A DNA stretch of 64,000 nucleotides. Origin: an uncultured virus (IMG/VR IMGVR_UViG_3300024500_000017). Its lineage: Duplodnaviria > Heunggongvirae > Uroviricota > Caudoviricetes. Below are positions 26,997-40,900 of the stretch, in pieces (positions within the stretch are counted from its first letter, which is position 1; each line of letters opens with the position of its first letter). Under the pieces are notes generated by a model, which had not been told where the DNA came from, did not search any database, and was given only the letters and a program-made list of their open reading frames with translations. The translations under genes and the position numbers were made by a program. The DNA lies in IMG/VR virus record IMGVR_UViG_3300024500_000017. One strand, 5' to 3'.

Positions 26997-28910
26997 ATGG
27001 CACTAGTTAACTTTACCAATCTAGATTTTGATCAAATTAAGACTTCGATTAAGGATTACCTTAGATCGAATTCAAATTTTACTGATTACGATTTTGAAGG
27101 ATCGAATCTATCAGTAATCTTAGATATACTTGCATATAATACATATATTTCCTCATATAATGCTAACATGGTTAGCAATGAGGTTTTTATTGATAGTGCC
27201 ACTCTTAGAGAAAATGTGGTATCAATTGCAAGAAGCATTGGATATATCCCCAGATCTAAAATAGCATCAAGAGCTAATATTTCTTTCTTTGTCGATACCT
27301 CAACTAGTTCTTCTCCACAAAAACCTGTTGCATTGACACTGAAAAAAGGAATTGTCGCTACTTCGGTGTCATCTTTTGGATCAGAAAATTATGTTTTTTC
27401 AATTCCTGATGACATAACAGTTCCTGTTATAAATGGAATTGCAGAATTTAGTAACATAAGCATATATGAAGGTACATATATCACAGAAAAATATACTGTT
27501 GACTCATTAAATCCAAATCAAAAGTATATTTTAAACAATTCTGATATCGATTCTTCCTTAATTAGAGTTGAGGTTCGTGACGGCGAACTCGGTCCAAGAA
27601 AAAAATATATTCAATCAGATAATATTTTAAATATCAATGCAGATTCTAGAGTCTTTTTTATTCAAGAAATAGAAGATCAAAGATATGAACTTTTATTTGG
27701 TGATGGAATTTTTGGTAGAAAATTGATCAGCGGAAACATTGTTGATATTTCATATGTTGTGACTAAAGGTGAGTCTGCAAATGGAGTATCATCTTTTGTT
27801 TTTAGTGGAAATATTGTAGACAATAATGGATTTATTGTTTTAAGCGAAATATCATTGATAAGCACTAATACCGCTGGAAGTGGTGGTAAAGAGATAGAGT
27901 CTATTGATTCTATCAAAAAATATGCCCCAAGGGTTTATGCATCGCAGAATAGGGCAGTCACAGCAAATGATTATGAAGCAATAGTCTCACAAATTTATCC
28001 TGAAGCAGAATCTATTTCTGTATATGGTGGGGAAGATTTAAATCCACCAGAATATGGAAAAGTTTTTATTACAATTAAACCTCAAAATGGATTTTTTGTT
28101 CCAAATGGTGTAAAAGACAATATCAAACAGAAACTTAAAAAATATTCTGTGGCTGGAATAATTCCAGAAATAAAAGACTTAAAATATCTTATACTTGAGA
28201 TTAATTCAACAATTTATTACGACAATAACATCGCACCATCTTCGGAGTATATCAATAATGTAGTTTATCAAAATATAAACAAATATGCAAAATCAACTGA
28301 ATTAAATCGATATGGAGCTAGATTCAAATATAGCAAATTTTTAAAATTAATTGATGATAGTCACGAATCTATTACTTCAAATATAACAAAAGTTGAAATG
28401 AGGCGTGATTTAAAATCTGTGTTAAATAGTTTAGCGACTTATGAAATATGTTTTGGTAACCAATTTCATATAAAAAATCTTAATGGATTTAACATTAAAT
28501 CTTCTGGATTTACCGTTCCTGGTATTGCTCAGACGGTCTATTTAAGTGATTCACCCTTATCAAACGGTTTAACTGGAACTATTTTCTTATTTTATCTAGA
28601 CTCTGCTCAATCTTATAGAATAGTAAATTCAAATGCAGGTTCAATTGATTATGTAAAGGGAGAAATTTACTTAAATGCTATTAACATTGTCGGAACATCT
28701 AAAGAAAGTGGAGGTGAACCTGTAATAGAAATATCTGCAATACCAGAATCAAACGATGTTATAGGTTTACAGGATTTATATTTAAATCTAAGTATTGATA
28801 ATGTGTCAATACAAACTTTGCCAGATAGAATTTCTTCTGGAGATGATCCATCAGGATCATCTTATACAAAAACTACAAGTTACAGTAACGGAGTAATTAT
28901 AAGAGAATAA
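26997..28910 (+). CDS. g6: baseplate wedge subunit gp6
   Basis: LDFDQIK..FTDYDFEGS, SATLRENVVS, QNRAVTANDY, PPEYGKVFI. Confidence 0.93.
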   Translation: MALVNFTNLDFDQIKTSIKDYLRSNSNFTDYDFEGSNLSVILDILAYNTYISSYNANMVSNEVFIDSATLRENVVSIARSIGYIPRSKIASRANISFFVDTSTSSSPQKPVALTLKKGIVATSVSSFGSENYVFSIPDDITVPVINGIAEFSNISIYEGTYITEKYTVDSLNPNQKYILNNSDIDSSLIRVEVRDGELGPRKKYIQSDNILNINADSRVFFIQEIEDQRYELLFGDGIFGRKLISGNIVDISYVVTKGESANGVSSFVFSGNIVDNNGFIVLSEISLISTNTAGSGGKEIESIDSIKKYAPRVYASQNRAVTANDYEAIVSQIYPEAESISVYGGEDLNPPEYGKVFITIKPQNGFFVPNGVKDNIKQKLKKYSVAGIIPEIKDLKYLILEINSTIYYDNNIAPSSEYINNVVYQNINKYAKSTELNRYGARFKYSKFLKLIDDSHESITSNITKVEMRRDLKSVLNSLATYEICFGNQFHIKNLNGFNIKSSGFTVPGIAQTVYLSDSPLSNGLTGTIFLFYLDSAQSYRIVNSNAGSIDYVKGEIYLNAINIVGTSKESGGEPVIEISAIPESNDVIGLQDLYLNLSIDNVSIQTLPDRISSGDDPSGSSYTKTTSYSNGVIIRE

Positions 28911-28911
28911 C

Positions 28912-31900
28912 ATGAAAGATACACGAGTTAAAATCAGTTCAATCGTACAGAATCAACTTCCAGACTTTGTGCAAGAGGAATATCCTCTTGTCAGTGAGTT
29001 TTTAAAAGAATATTATAACTCAGTTGAGTCTCAGGGAGGAACTTTAGATATTCTCCAAAACATTGATCAGTATTTAAAAATTGACAAACTGTATGATAGT
29101 TTATTTAACCGTGTCGTAACAATAAAACCACAGTCTCCAGAAAATTATTTTGTAATTTCTACTGGTTATTCTCCAGAAGATCTTATTGTTTATAAAAATG
29201 GTCTGAAGTTACAAAAAGACATTGATTATTTTGCAACTGATGGATTATCAGTATCTTTTGTGTTACCTGCTGTTCCAGGAGATATCTTAGAATTTTCTTC
29301 AGAATCTAAATCAACGACATTTTTAAAAAGTGATGTTGATTTTACCGATTTAACAGTAACAGTAGAATCAACTTATGGATTTCCAGAAAAAAATGGCATA
29401 ATTCAAATAGATTCTGAGATCATATTATATTCGGATAAGACAAGCACAACATTTAATAATTGTACTAGAGGATTTAGTGGTATAACATCTTACCATTCAA
29501 GCAATAATCCAGATCAGTTAGTATTCTCCACATCAAGTATTTCAACACATACTACTAACACAAAAGTTTTAAATTTAAGTTCTTTATTTTTAAAAGAATT
29601 TTTATTTAAAATAAAAAAACAGTTGCTTCCTGGATTTGAAAATAGAACTTTTGCTGACGGTTTAAACGAAAAAAATTTTTTACTGCAGGCAAAAGATTTT
29701 TACAAATCAAAAGGAACTGATGATTCCTATAAATTAATATTCAAAGCTCTATTTGGCGAAGATGTAAGCGTAGTAAAACCAAGAGATTTTCTTCTAAAAC
29801 CTTCAGATTCAAAATATAGAGTTTCTAAGCAGATAGTAGTAGAATCTATTCTAGGAAATCCAATTGATTTGGAGAATAGAACTCTCTATCAGGACGAGAA
29901 TGATTTTCACGGTAAAGCTTACGGTAGCGTTTCAAAAGTTGAAAAAATAGTAAGACAAAATAAAACATACTATGTTTTGAGTATTGATTCTGATTACAAT
30001 AAAGACATCAATGTTCAGGGTTCGATTTATGGTAATTTCTATATTCATCCATCAACAAAAAATGTTTCAGAAATAAAACAGAATCAGTATTTTATAGATG
30101 TAGATTCTACTTTGGGATTTCCAAGTTATGGAGAGCTAATATTTAATGTAAATGGAGTGGATTATAAAACAAAATATTCATATAAAAATATAAACCAATT
30201 TTTTATAACTCCTCTATCGGATATTATTGTTCCTGAAGGTACAGATATAAAATTAAATCAATATGCATATGCATATGCATCAGATAATTCGATTATACAA
30301 GTCAGAATTACTGGAGTTTTGTCAGATTTATCCTACAGTATACTTAACTCTTCAATGACTAAAGGTGATCCAATAAAAACAATTACTTTAGGATATGAAG
30401 CAAAGGGTGTTTTACCGAACACTTGGAAATTTAATGTAGTTAACAGTTACGATGTAAAAGAAATAAAGGGACCAACTGCATCCAATATAACTCAAAATAC
30501 ATTTTCTTATAACATTACAACTTATGATGATCATAATTTTTCCCTAGGAGACTCTGCAGATTTACTATCTTCAGGTGGAATTAAACTTTTATATAATGTA
30601 GTTGGTATAGATAACGAAAAGAGTATATCTATTGAAGGACCAAAAGTTGAAAATTTAAATTTAAGATATACCATTCAAAGAAAATTAAAAAAACCAAGAT
30701 TTTCCAACTTTAAATTTATAAATGATAGTACTGCAAATATTCAAAATGTTTACATTAAAGATGAAAATAACATTTATGTCGCAGCAAATTCTATTCCAGA
30801 TTATTTAAATGAAGATATTCAAATAAAAAATACGGATATTATTTTTTCGGGATCTTTCAATCAAGAAACTTTAGATTTAAGTTCAGGTAATCCAAATAAT
30901 TTACATGGTCTTTATACTGGCGATGCAATTATTTACATCAAAAATGATGAAAGTGTTGTAAATTCTTTGGATATTTTGGGAAAAGTATATTATGTTAAAA
31001 GAATAGACAATACAAAAATAAAATTATCTAATAGCAAATCGGATTTATTTAAAAATAAGTTTGTAACAGTTTCTGGTACTGTCACAGATAATATTTTTAG
31101 AAAATTAAAATTTGAAAATGCTTCGTTATCACCACAAAATTATGTAAAAAATATAACACAATCTTCTACTAGTGGTAGAAATGAAGAAACTCCAGTTGGT
31201 CCCATTGGAGTTTTTGTCAATGGTGTAGAGGCATATAACTATAAATCTGACGATAAAGTTTATTATGGAGGTATTCAATCAATTAATGTAATAACGGGTG
31301 GAGAAAACTTTGATGTTATTAATCCGCCTATCGCAGTTGTAGAAGATTCTTTGGGTATAGGCGCATCTTTAATTACTCATGTAAATGGTTCTTTAGAAAG
31401 AATTGATGTTCTAGATGGTGGATTTGATTATGTTGAAGAACCTGTGATAACAATAACCGGAGGAAATGGTTATGGTGCTTACGCCAAACCAAATTTAACC
31501 CCGTTTAAACACAATGTTTCTTTTATTTCAGATAGTTCTTCGGGATTAGTAAATCTTGCAAACAATACAATTGGATTCTCTAGCTACCACAAATTTAGAG
31601 ATTATGAAAATATTGTGTATTTGACATATGGTTCTACTGCTGTCGGTGGTCTATCAACTAATGCTCAATATTATGCTTCAGTTCAAGATGCATACAATAT
31701 AAAGCTTCATAAGACTTTTAATGATGCTGTTTCCGGAATAAACACTATAGATTTAACATCTCATGGTTCAGGAATTCATGCCTTTGAATCTGTTCTTACA
31801 AAAAGAAAAATATCCAGTATTAATGTAATAGATTCTGGATTTGGGTATACAAATAAACAAACTTTTTGTTCATCATCTGGCATTAATACCTCATCAAACA

Positions 31901-34900
31901 CTATTAAAATATTTGATCATGGATATGAAAGTGGAGAAATTGTAGTTTACAATTCTTCTGAAACACCTGTTGGGGGTTTGTCTGATAACAATTCATATTA
32001 TATTACTAAATTGAATAAAGATGAATTTAGACTTTCTTTAGTGGGAATTGCCACTACTAATAAAGATTTTTATTATAGAACAAATCAATATATTAATTTC
32101 GTCTCTTCTGGTTCTTCGACACATAGTTTCAACTACCCAGAAATTAATGTACAAATAACTGGCAAAATAGGAGTCTCTACATTAACGGGACAAAATTTTA
32201 ATGCTAAATTGCAACCTATTTTTAGAGGAAGTATCACAAATCTTTTTGTTAAAAATCCTGGAGTTGGGTATGGATCTTCGGAAATCATTAACTATGAAAG
32301 ACAACCCAGAATAACGCTAGGTATTGGTTCTGGAGCTCAGTTTTCTCCGATAATTAATAATGGTAGAATAACTGAAATTTTAGTTTTAAATCAGGGAAAT
32401 AGTTACACTGCACCACCAAATATTAATATTTTGGGTATTGGAACAGGAGCAGTTTTAACTCCAGTAATTAATAATGGCAAAATAGTAGAAGTAAAAGTAG
32501 TAAATGGAGGATCTGGATTTACTACATCAAGCACTTATGTAAATGTTGTTCCATCTGGTCAAAACTTTAAATGTGAGACCAAAATAAAATCTTGGACTAT
32601 TAACAAAGTTCAGCAGTATTTGGAATCTAAAAAAGTTTTAGATGACGATGGAATTATTGATGTATCTTCATATACAATAAACGGATCCCAATATTGTCAT
32701 TTATATGCACCAAGAAAATTGAGGAGAAGTGTTTTTGGTATTGATTATGTAAATGGTAAAAAAACTTATGTTGCAGATTTGAAATTATCAAATAGTAGAG
32801 AAGTAACATCATATGTACACTCTCCTATTATTGGATGGGCATATGACGGAAATCCAATTTATGGACCATATGGATATGATAATCCTTCTGGTAGTGGAAA
32901 TATTAGAGAGATGGTATCTGGATATGTTTATCAACCATCAAGTGACAGACCAAATCCAATATCTTCAGGAAATAGAATTTATTCTGAAGGTTTTTTTGTC
33001 GAAGATTATCAATTCAATGGTTCGGGTGATTTGGATAGACATAATGGAAGATTTTGTATTACTCCAGAATATCCAAATGGAGTTTATGCATATTTCGCAA
33101 CTATTAATAATGGACCAACAGAGACTGATGGAGTTTTCAAGAACTATAAAAAACCAGTCTTTCCATATTTAATTGGAAATACTTTTAAATCAGATTCAAT
33201 CCAATTCAATTATGATAGGAGTATAAGTCAAAATACTTTTGACTTTGTTTCTGAGCAGTTATTAAGAAATACTACACCTTATAAATTTACTAGCAATACT
33301 TCAAACTACGATTTTGTTTTCAACCCAATTAAAGTTAAAGAACCAGTTTCAATAGTAAAATCTTCCACTAGTGGAAGAATATCAAATATAGGAATTGTAA
33401 CAGGAGGATCTGGATATAAAGTTGGAGATCTCGTAAGATTTAATAATTTTAATTCTGGGGGATCTGATGCATATGCGCATGTTTCATATGTAAAAGGAAA
33501 ATCAATTAAAAATATTAGTTTTGCTTCAACTTCTTCGCAATCAGTAGAATTTTATCCATACGACTCTACAGGTAAATTCATTGGATTCTGCACACTGCCA
33601 CATAGTCTTTTTAACAAAGATATAATTTCTATATCAGGATTGAGCACTTCTTCAAAAGATTTTGACAGTCTTTTTGAAGTTGGAATTAGATCTGATACTT
33701 TAATTTTATCTAAATCTGTAGGATCTTCTTCTGCTACTGGAATAGTAACCTATTTTGAGGTAAATGGATCGTTGAATTTCCCAAATATTAGGGAAAATGA
33801 CATTTATAAAATTGATGATGAAAAAGTAAGAATTTTATCTATCGATAAATTATCGTCAAGAATCAAAGTGATTAGAGAATATGATTCTACAGTTGGAGCA
33901 TCTCACACGGCAACATCTGTTCTTTATGAGCAAACTAGAAAATTTGTTGTAAATTCTATTAACGGTCAGAATCAAAATTATAATTTAAATAAGACTATTT
34001 ACTTTGATCCTAAAGAGTCTTTATCTATAGGTTCTTCTTCTGGAGCTAGTATTGGTTCTACAATATATTTCTCAAATCCTGGAGCTGGGATTACAAATAT
34101 CTTTGTTCCAACCAAAACAATGTATTTGCCTAATCATTCTTTAGATACTGGAACTGAATTAATATATTCTAGTAATGGTGGATCGCCTTTTTATGTTTCT
34201 GATGATGGTTCTGTTAATTTCCAATTAGCAGACAATCAGGTGTTATATGCAACTAAAATTTCGAATGATTTGGTAGGAATATCCACTTATAGAGTAGGTC
34301 TAGGTTCTACTGGTTCTTTCGTCGGAATAGATAGTAGCATATCTGCATCATTATTATATTTTATTAATATTGGTTCTGGAGTAAATCATAGTTTTAAAAC
34401 TAATTATGATAATGTCTTAAGTGGAGAAATTGTAAAAAATACTATTACAGTCTCTACGGCATCGTCTCATGGGTTAAGTAATGGTGAAGTAATTTACATG
34501 AATTCTTTACCTGGTATTACTACTACTATTACAGTAAAATATAACGATAAACATAGAAGATTAGTAATTAATCCGGTATCATTTATTTCATCAAAAGTAA
34601 ACATCACAAATAATACAATTAATATCCCAAATCACGGGTATTATACTGGACAAAAAATAATTTATTCTTCCAATACTCCAATTGGTGGACTTTTAGACAA
34701 TCAAATATATTATATCGTAAGGTTTGATAAGGATAGGATTAAATTATCTTCATCATACTATAACTCTACTAAAACTATTCCAGAGATTATAGATTTTACG
34801 AGTGCTTCTTTTGGTACAATTTCTTTAGTCAATCCAGAACTAAATGTAATACCCAATCAAGTTGTTAGATTTGATCTTTCTGATAGTTCCTTATCATATA

Positions 34901-37900
34901 TTAAGGATCAAAATTCTTACCCAGCTTTTGACTTTAAATTATATTTTGATCCTAGTTTTAGTGAAGAATTCAAAAAAACAACGGATTCTTCTCAATTTGA
35001 AATTGTAAAATCAGGCAAAATTGGATCAAATGCTATAGTCACTTTAACGACCAATAATTTAAATTTTGATTTGTATTATTCTTTGGTTCCTATTGACTTA
35101 CTTAGCAATAGTTCAATAAAGAAAGAAATAATCACTGATGATGAAGTCCGAAATAATAACAAACTTTCTTTAACAAATAGCGGTTATTCGGGATATCATA
35201 CAATCTTAGGTGTTGGTCAGACAACATTTAAATTTAATATTTTAACATATCCAGAAAGTTTATCTTACACAGAATCTGATGGATTTTTTGAATATTATAC
35301 TAATTCAAAAAATGTAACAGGTTGCATTGAAGATCTTGAATTAAGATCTGGCGGCAGAAATTATTCCTCTGTTCCAGGAATAACCAGTGTTATTAGTAAC
35401 ACTGGAAGAGGTGCAATATTTAATATATCTAGTACAGATATAGGTTCTATTAAAAAAATAGAAATTGATGATATTGGGTTTGAATATTCTGCAGATACAA
35501 CATTAAGACCTTCTGCAAAACTTCCTCAAATTTTAACCATCAATCCATCATCAACTTTTAAGTCAGTTGGCGTATCTTCAGTTGGTATTAATTACACACT
35601 TTCACCAAAGTTAGTCGTTATAGACTCTTATACTAATAAAGTAGTTACGGATATTGATTTAGAATATGATATCCTTAATAAAAAAGTAAATATTTTAAAA
35701 AATACTGATGGTATTTACGATGCAACTCCAAAAATCTTACCAGTCAATAATTCCAATGGAATTCCAGTTAATAACATAACATTTAACAGTACAACAAAAG
35801 ATGTTACTGTTGAATTGGCTGTTAATTTTAGTTATGGTCAAGAATTTCCTCTTTCAATAGGTGATAAAATTTTAGTTGAAAGTGCAAATATTATTAGTTC
35901 GGGTTCAACCTCATTCAGAGGATATAACTCTAAAAACTACAATTATGAATTATTTACATTGACATCAGTTAATCCACAGTATGGTGGATCTGGCGCAACT
36001 GTTGTATATAACTTATCTAATTATTTGGGGGTAAATGAAAATCCGGGGACTTTTGATGAAGAAAATTCTGCAGCAATAATTGTACCAAGTAAATACTTCC
36101 CAATATTTGATCCTGTTTTAGAAAAAGGAAAGTTTATTAAAGGAGAAAAAGTTACTAGCGATTCTTCTTATGGCAATGTTTTGAATTGGAATCAATATTC
36201 TGAGCAGTTGAAAATAACAAGTAAAGATTATTTTAATACAGGAGTCTTTATCAGAGGAGAAACTTCCAACACTAAAGGTATAATAACGAAAATAGAAGAT
36301 CTTATTGCAATTTATTCTGTTGATGGATCTTCAGTTGTAAATCAAGGATGGGAAGATGAAGTTGGATTTTTGAATAACCAATTTCAAGTTACTCCAGATA
36401 ATAATTATTATCAATACTTCTCTTATGCTATAAAATCAAAGGTAGATTATGAAACTTGGAATAAATCTATTGGAAACTTAAATCATACATCTGGATTCAA
36501 AAAATTTGGAGATCTTGTCGCAGAATCTGTTGATTCCGGATTTACTGGAATATCAACAGTTCAAGATCAAGGCAATTTTATCGGTATTGCAGACTTAGTT
36601 TCCGAAGTTGACTTAAATTGCATAAATGATTACGATTTAGTGAAGGAAAGAGTTATAACTATTGATTCGAATTATTTCTCAAAAGAAATTGCATTCAGTT
36701 CAATTTCTTTACAGGATGAACTTCAGTCTATAGGAAATAGAGTATTACTAGTCGATGATTTTAGCGATCAATTTAGCAATATTCCAAAAACAGATACTTA
36801 TTCGAACATAGAGTCTTTTGTCCTATCAACTATAAGAGCCAAAAAATATGTAACATATGTTAGAGATAAAAAATTTAGCGGACTCCGACAAATATGTTTG
36901 GTCTCTCTAGTGCAAGATGAACTGGAATCATATATGCTTCAGTATGGAAAAGTTTCATCTAATTACGATTTAGGATCCTTCGATTTTTCTATTTTAGGTT
37001 CTCAGGGAATATTGAGATTTTATCCAATTAATTACACTATAAATGATTATGATATTAGTGTTATGTCTTACAGTATTTCTGATTCTGTTTCAAGTGTTGG
37101 AAATACATCTTTAGGAAATATCGCAACATTAGAATCTTCAAGGGCAGTAATACCACCAAGTACAACAACTACAATTGTTGGAATTGGATCTTCTTATAGA
37201 TCTTCAAAAGTTTTAGTTGAATTGACCGCATCTGATGGAACTTACTTTGAATTTAGCGAATTAACTCTTATTCATGATGGTACTAATGTAAATATTACCG
37301 AATATGGAAGACTTTCTAATGCAAATAGACTTGCGTACAGTGGTTTAGATTCAATAGGAACTTATTCTGCATATATTTCCGGATCTGTTATAAATCTGGA
37401 CTTTACCCCTAATGTTGGTGTTGGCACTACATATTTTGCAAATACTTTAGGAATTTCTATTGGAAGCACTTCATCTGCAGTAACTTCTGGAAATCTCACA
37501 TTCAATACAGGTGAATTAAAGTCCACTTATACTTCTATTTTATCTTCAGCAAGTCCCACAGAAACAAAAATATCAACCTACGATACAAATCATTCTGGCG
37601 CTTACTATTTTATAGTTGCTGAGGATACTACAAACAACAGATATAAAGCATCTGAGGTTGTATTAGTAGATGATGGAGGTGAAACTTATTTGCTTGAATA
37701 TGGTACAATTGAAACAGTTTCTGGATCCGGTATTGGGACAATAGGAGCAGGAATTGGGTCAACTGGGACAAATCTTTATTTTACCGCAGATCCTAACATA
37801 TCGGTCGATGTTAGAGTTTATCAACATGCAATGCGTGTTGTTGATACCTCAAATTCTTTTGAATTTTATAATTTTAATAATGCAAATATTCTTTCCAGAT

Positions 37901-40900
37901 TCTCTAGCTATGAAGGAACATTTAACAGTGTTAAAAAATCATTTGACTTAAAACATAAAGAAACTCCAATTTTCCAAAGAAGAATAGATTCTTCAGACAC
38001 ATCAATAGTTAATATTGAAAATAATACGATCAGATTACCAAAACACTTCTTCGTTACTGGAGAAGAATTGGTATATAATTCTGGTGGTGGAGAAAAAATT
38101 GGTATTGCTACTACAACTATTGCTGGCATTGGAACCACTGATAAAGTTCCTTCAACAGTATATGCAATAAAAGTTAATGACTTGAGTATAAGATTGTCCG
38201 CATCTGCAGAAAATGCCCTAAAACCAATACCAGAACCTTTAATTTTAACTTCTGTAGGTATTGGCACAACACATACATTTACCTCAACAAAGCAAAACAG
38301 TAAATGTTTAATAAGTATTGATAATTTTATTCAATCTCCAATTGTTTCGACTTCAACAACTACTACATTATCTAATCTTTCTCAATTAAATGAAGAAACA
38401 ATCTCACTTTCCGGTATAAGTTCTATATTTGGAGGAGATTTATTAAAGATTGATGACGAGATTGTAAAAGTAAATTCAGTAGGTTTTGGTAGCACAAATG
38501 TACTTTTAGTTTCTCGTGGTTGGATGGGAACAAATCCAGACGATCACTCTAATGGGTCTCTTGTAACTAAGATCATGGGCAATTATAATATTGTAGATAA
38601 TACAATTCATTTTATTGACGCACCTTACGGAAATTCTCCGATTGGAACAATAACAAATAGACCAGATGCCAGAGATTTTACAGGTATTACTACAAGATCA
38701 ACTTTTAGTGGAAGAGTTTTCTTAAGATCTGGTATAGAAAATTCAAACGAAGACACATATAAAACTAACTATGTTTTTGATAGTTTAGATGAACAGTTTA
38801 GTGGAGTTTCTACTCAGTTTACTCTAAAATCTTCTGGGTCAAATGTTTCCGGTTTATCAACATCTGGATCATCTGCGGTTATTTTAATCAATAATGTATT
38901 CCAGGAACCACAAAGACTTGGATCCATTAATATTTTTGGTGATTATAAATTGGAAGAAAACTCTGGTATAACAACAATTGGTTTTACTGGAAATATATCT
39001 TCTACTGCATATGATATTAATACTTCTAGTATACCTAGAGGTGGTATTATAATTTCTGTAGGTTCTACACAAGGATTTGGTTACCAACCTTTAGTTTCTG
39101 CAGGTGGAACTTCGATAGTTTCTTCTGCCGGAACTATTTCATCAATCAGCATTGGAAATACTGGATCTGGATATAGATCTTCACTAAAATATGAAATTAT
39201 AACTAAGGTTTCAACTACGGTCGGATCAGGTCAGACAATTATACCTATCGATAATATTGATGGTGTATTTGGAAAACTTTTATTCTCATCAGCAAATACT
39301 ATTGGAATAGGATCTGTTTTAGTTAATGTGCCAATTGTTTCTGTTGGGTCTACTTATATTACAATTGGTGCGGCAAGTACAACAAGTCAAATAATTAGTA
39401 AAGATGCAACCGCATTAATATCTCTAAATTCTCCAATGGTTGGTCTGGTTGATGTTGGAGTTAAAACTTCAAGTACTGGACTCCTTAATTATCAATTTGT
39501 TGGTTTTGCTACAATTTTGTCAGGTCATATATCAAATAATGTTATCATAACTAATCCCGGATCTGGTTATACAACATCAAATCCACCAACTGTTGTTTTT
39601 GAAAGTCCATTAAATTATTCAGATATTCCTTTAGTATATTCAGGTGGATATTCTGGTGTTGGAACACAGGCAACCATAGACATAATAGTTGGTCAAGGAT
39701 CCAGTGTGGTTAATTTTGAAATTAAAAATCTTGGTTATGCATATAAAGTGTCAGAATTATTAACGGTTCCTGTTGGTGGATTGGTAGGAATTCCTACAGA
39801 TCCAACAAAACCATTTAGAAATTTTGAGATTACTATTGATCAGGTATTTTCTGACCAGTTCTCTGGATGGTCAATTGGAGATTTTCAAGTTATTGATAAG
39901 GTAGAAAATTTATTTAATGGCAGAAGAAGAAATTTCCCAATTAAAATAGATGGAATTCAAACAGCCATTAGATCTTTAAGCGGATCGAGTATTGATGTAC
40001 AGTCAACATTATTAGTTTTTATTAATGATATTTTACAAGTTCCAGGATCTGGTTACATATTTAATGGCGGAAGTATAATTACATTTACGGAAGCACCAAA
40101 AGAAGGTGATTCTTGTAAGATTATATTCTACAAAGGAACCAGTCAAGTTGATGTTGTTTTTGCAGATATTCTAGAATCTGTAAAAGTTGGAGATAATCTG
40201 AGGATAAACGGCGATTCTATTTCATTGAAAGAGAATGAAAGATTAGTAACTGATATTGTTTCGTCAGATAGCGTTGAGACTAATCCATATTCAGATGTTG
40301 GACTATCTTTAGATGAAAATTTAGTAAGACCTGTAGTTTGGTGTAAACAAACCGAAGATAAGATTGTCAATGGAAAAGAAGTTGGCAAAGATAGAATTTT
40401 ATATGAGTCATTAATTCAACCAACCACTAATATTATACAGAATGTTAGTGTAGGTTCGACAGAGATTTTTGTACAAAATGCAAAGATTTTCTTCGATGAC
40501 CTAAGAGAAAATGCAACGGTTCCATATAAAACAAAAATATTAATAACATCTCAAGATAGTTTAGTTGGAGCATCTGCTACGGCAGTAGTTTCTATTGCAG
40601 GAACAATATCTGCTATTTCGTTAACAAATGGCGGACTTGGATTTACCACATCACCATCTGTTACTATTTCATCTCCTACTGGAATTGGAAGCACTTGTTT
40701 AGTGACATCATCAATATCATCGGGGATTGTAACTTCATTCACAATTACAAACCCAGGATCTGGATATACTCAATCGAAACCACCTTATGTTTTAATTTCT
40801 TATCCATCACCCAAAACAGAAAAAATTGAAGATGTTACTTATGAAGGTGATTTTGGAATTATTGTTGGTGTTCAGACAACATCTGTTGGAATAGCTTCAA

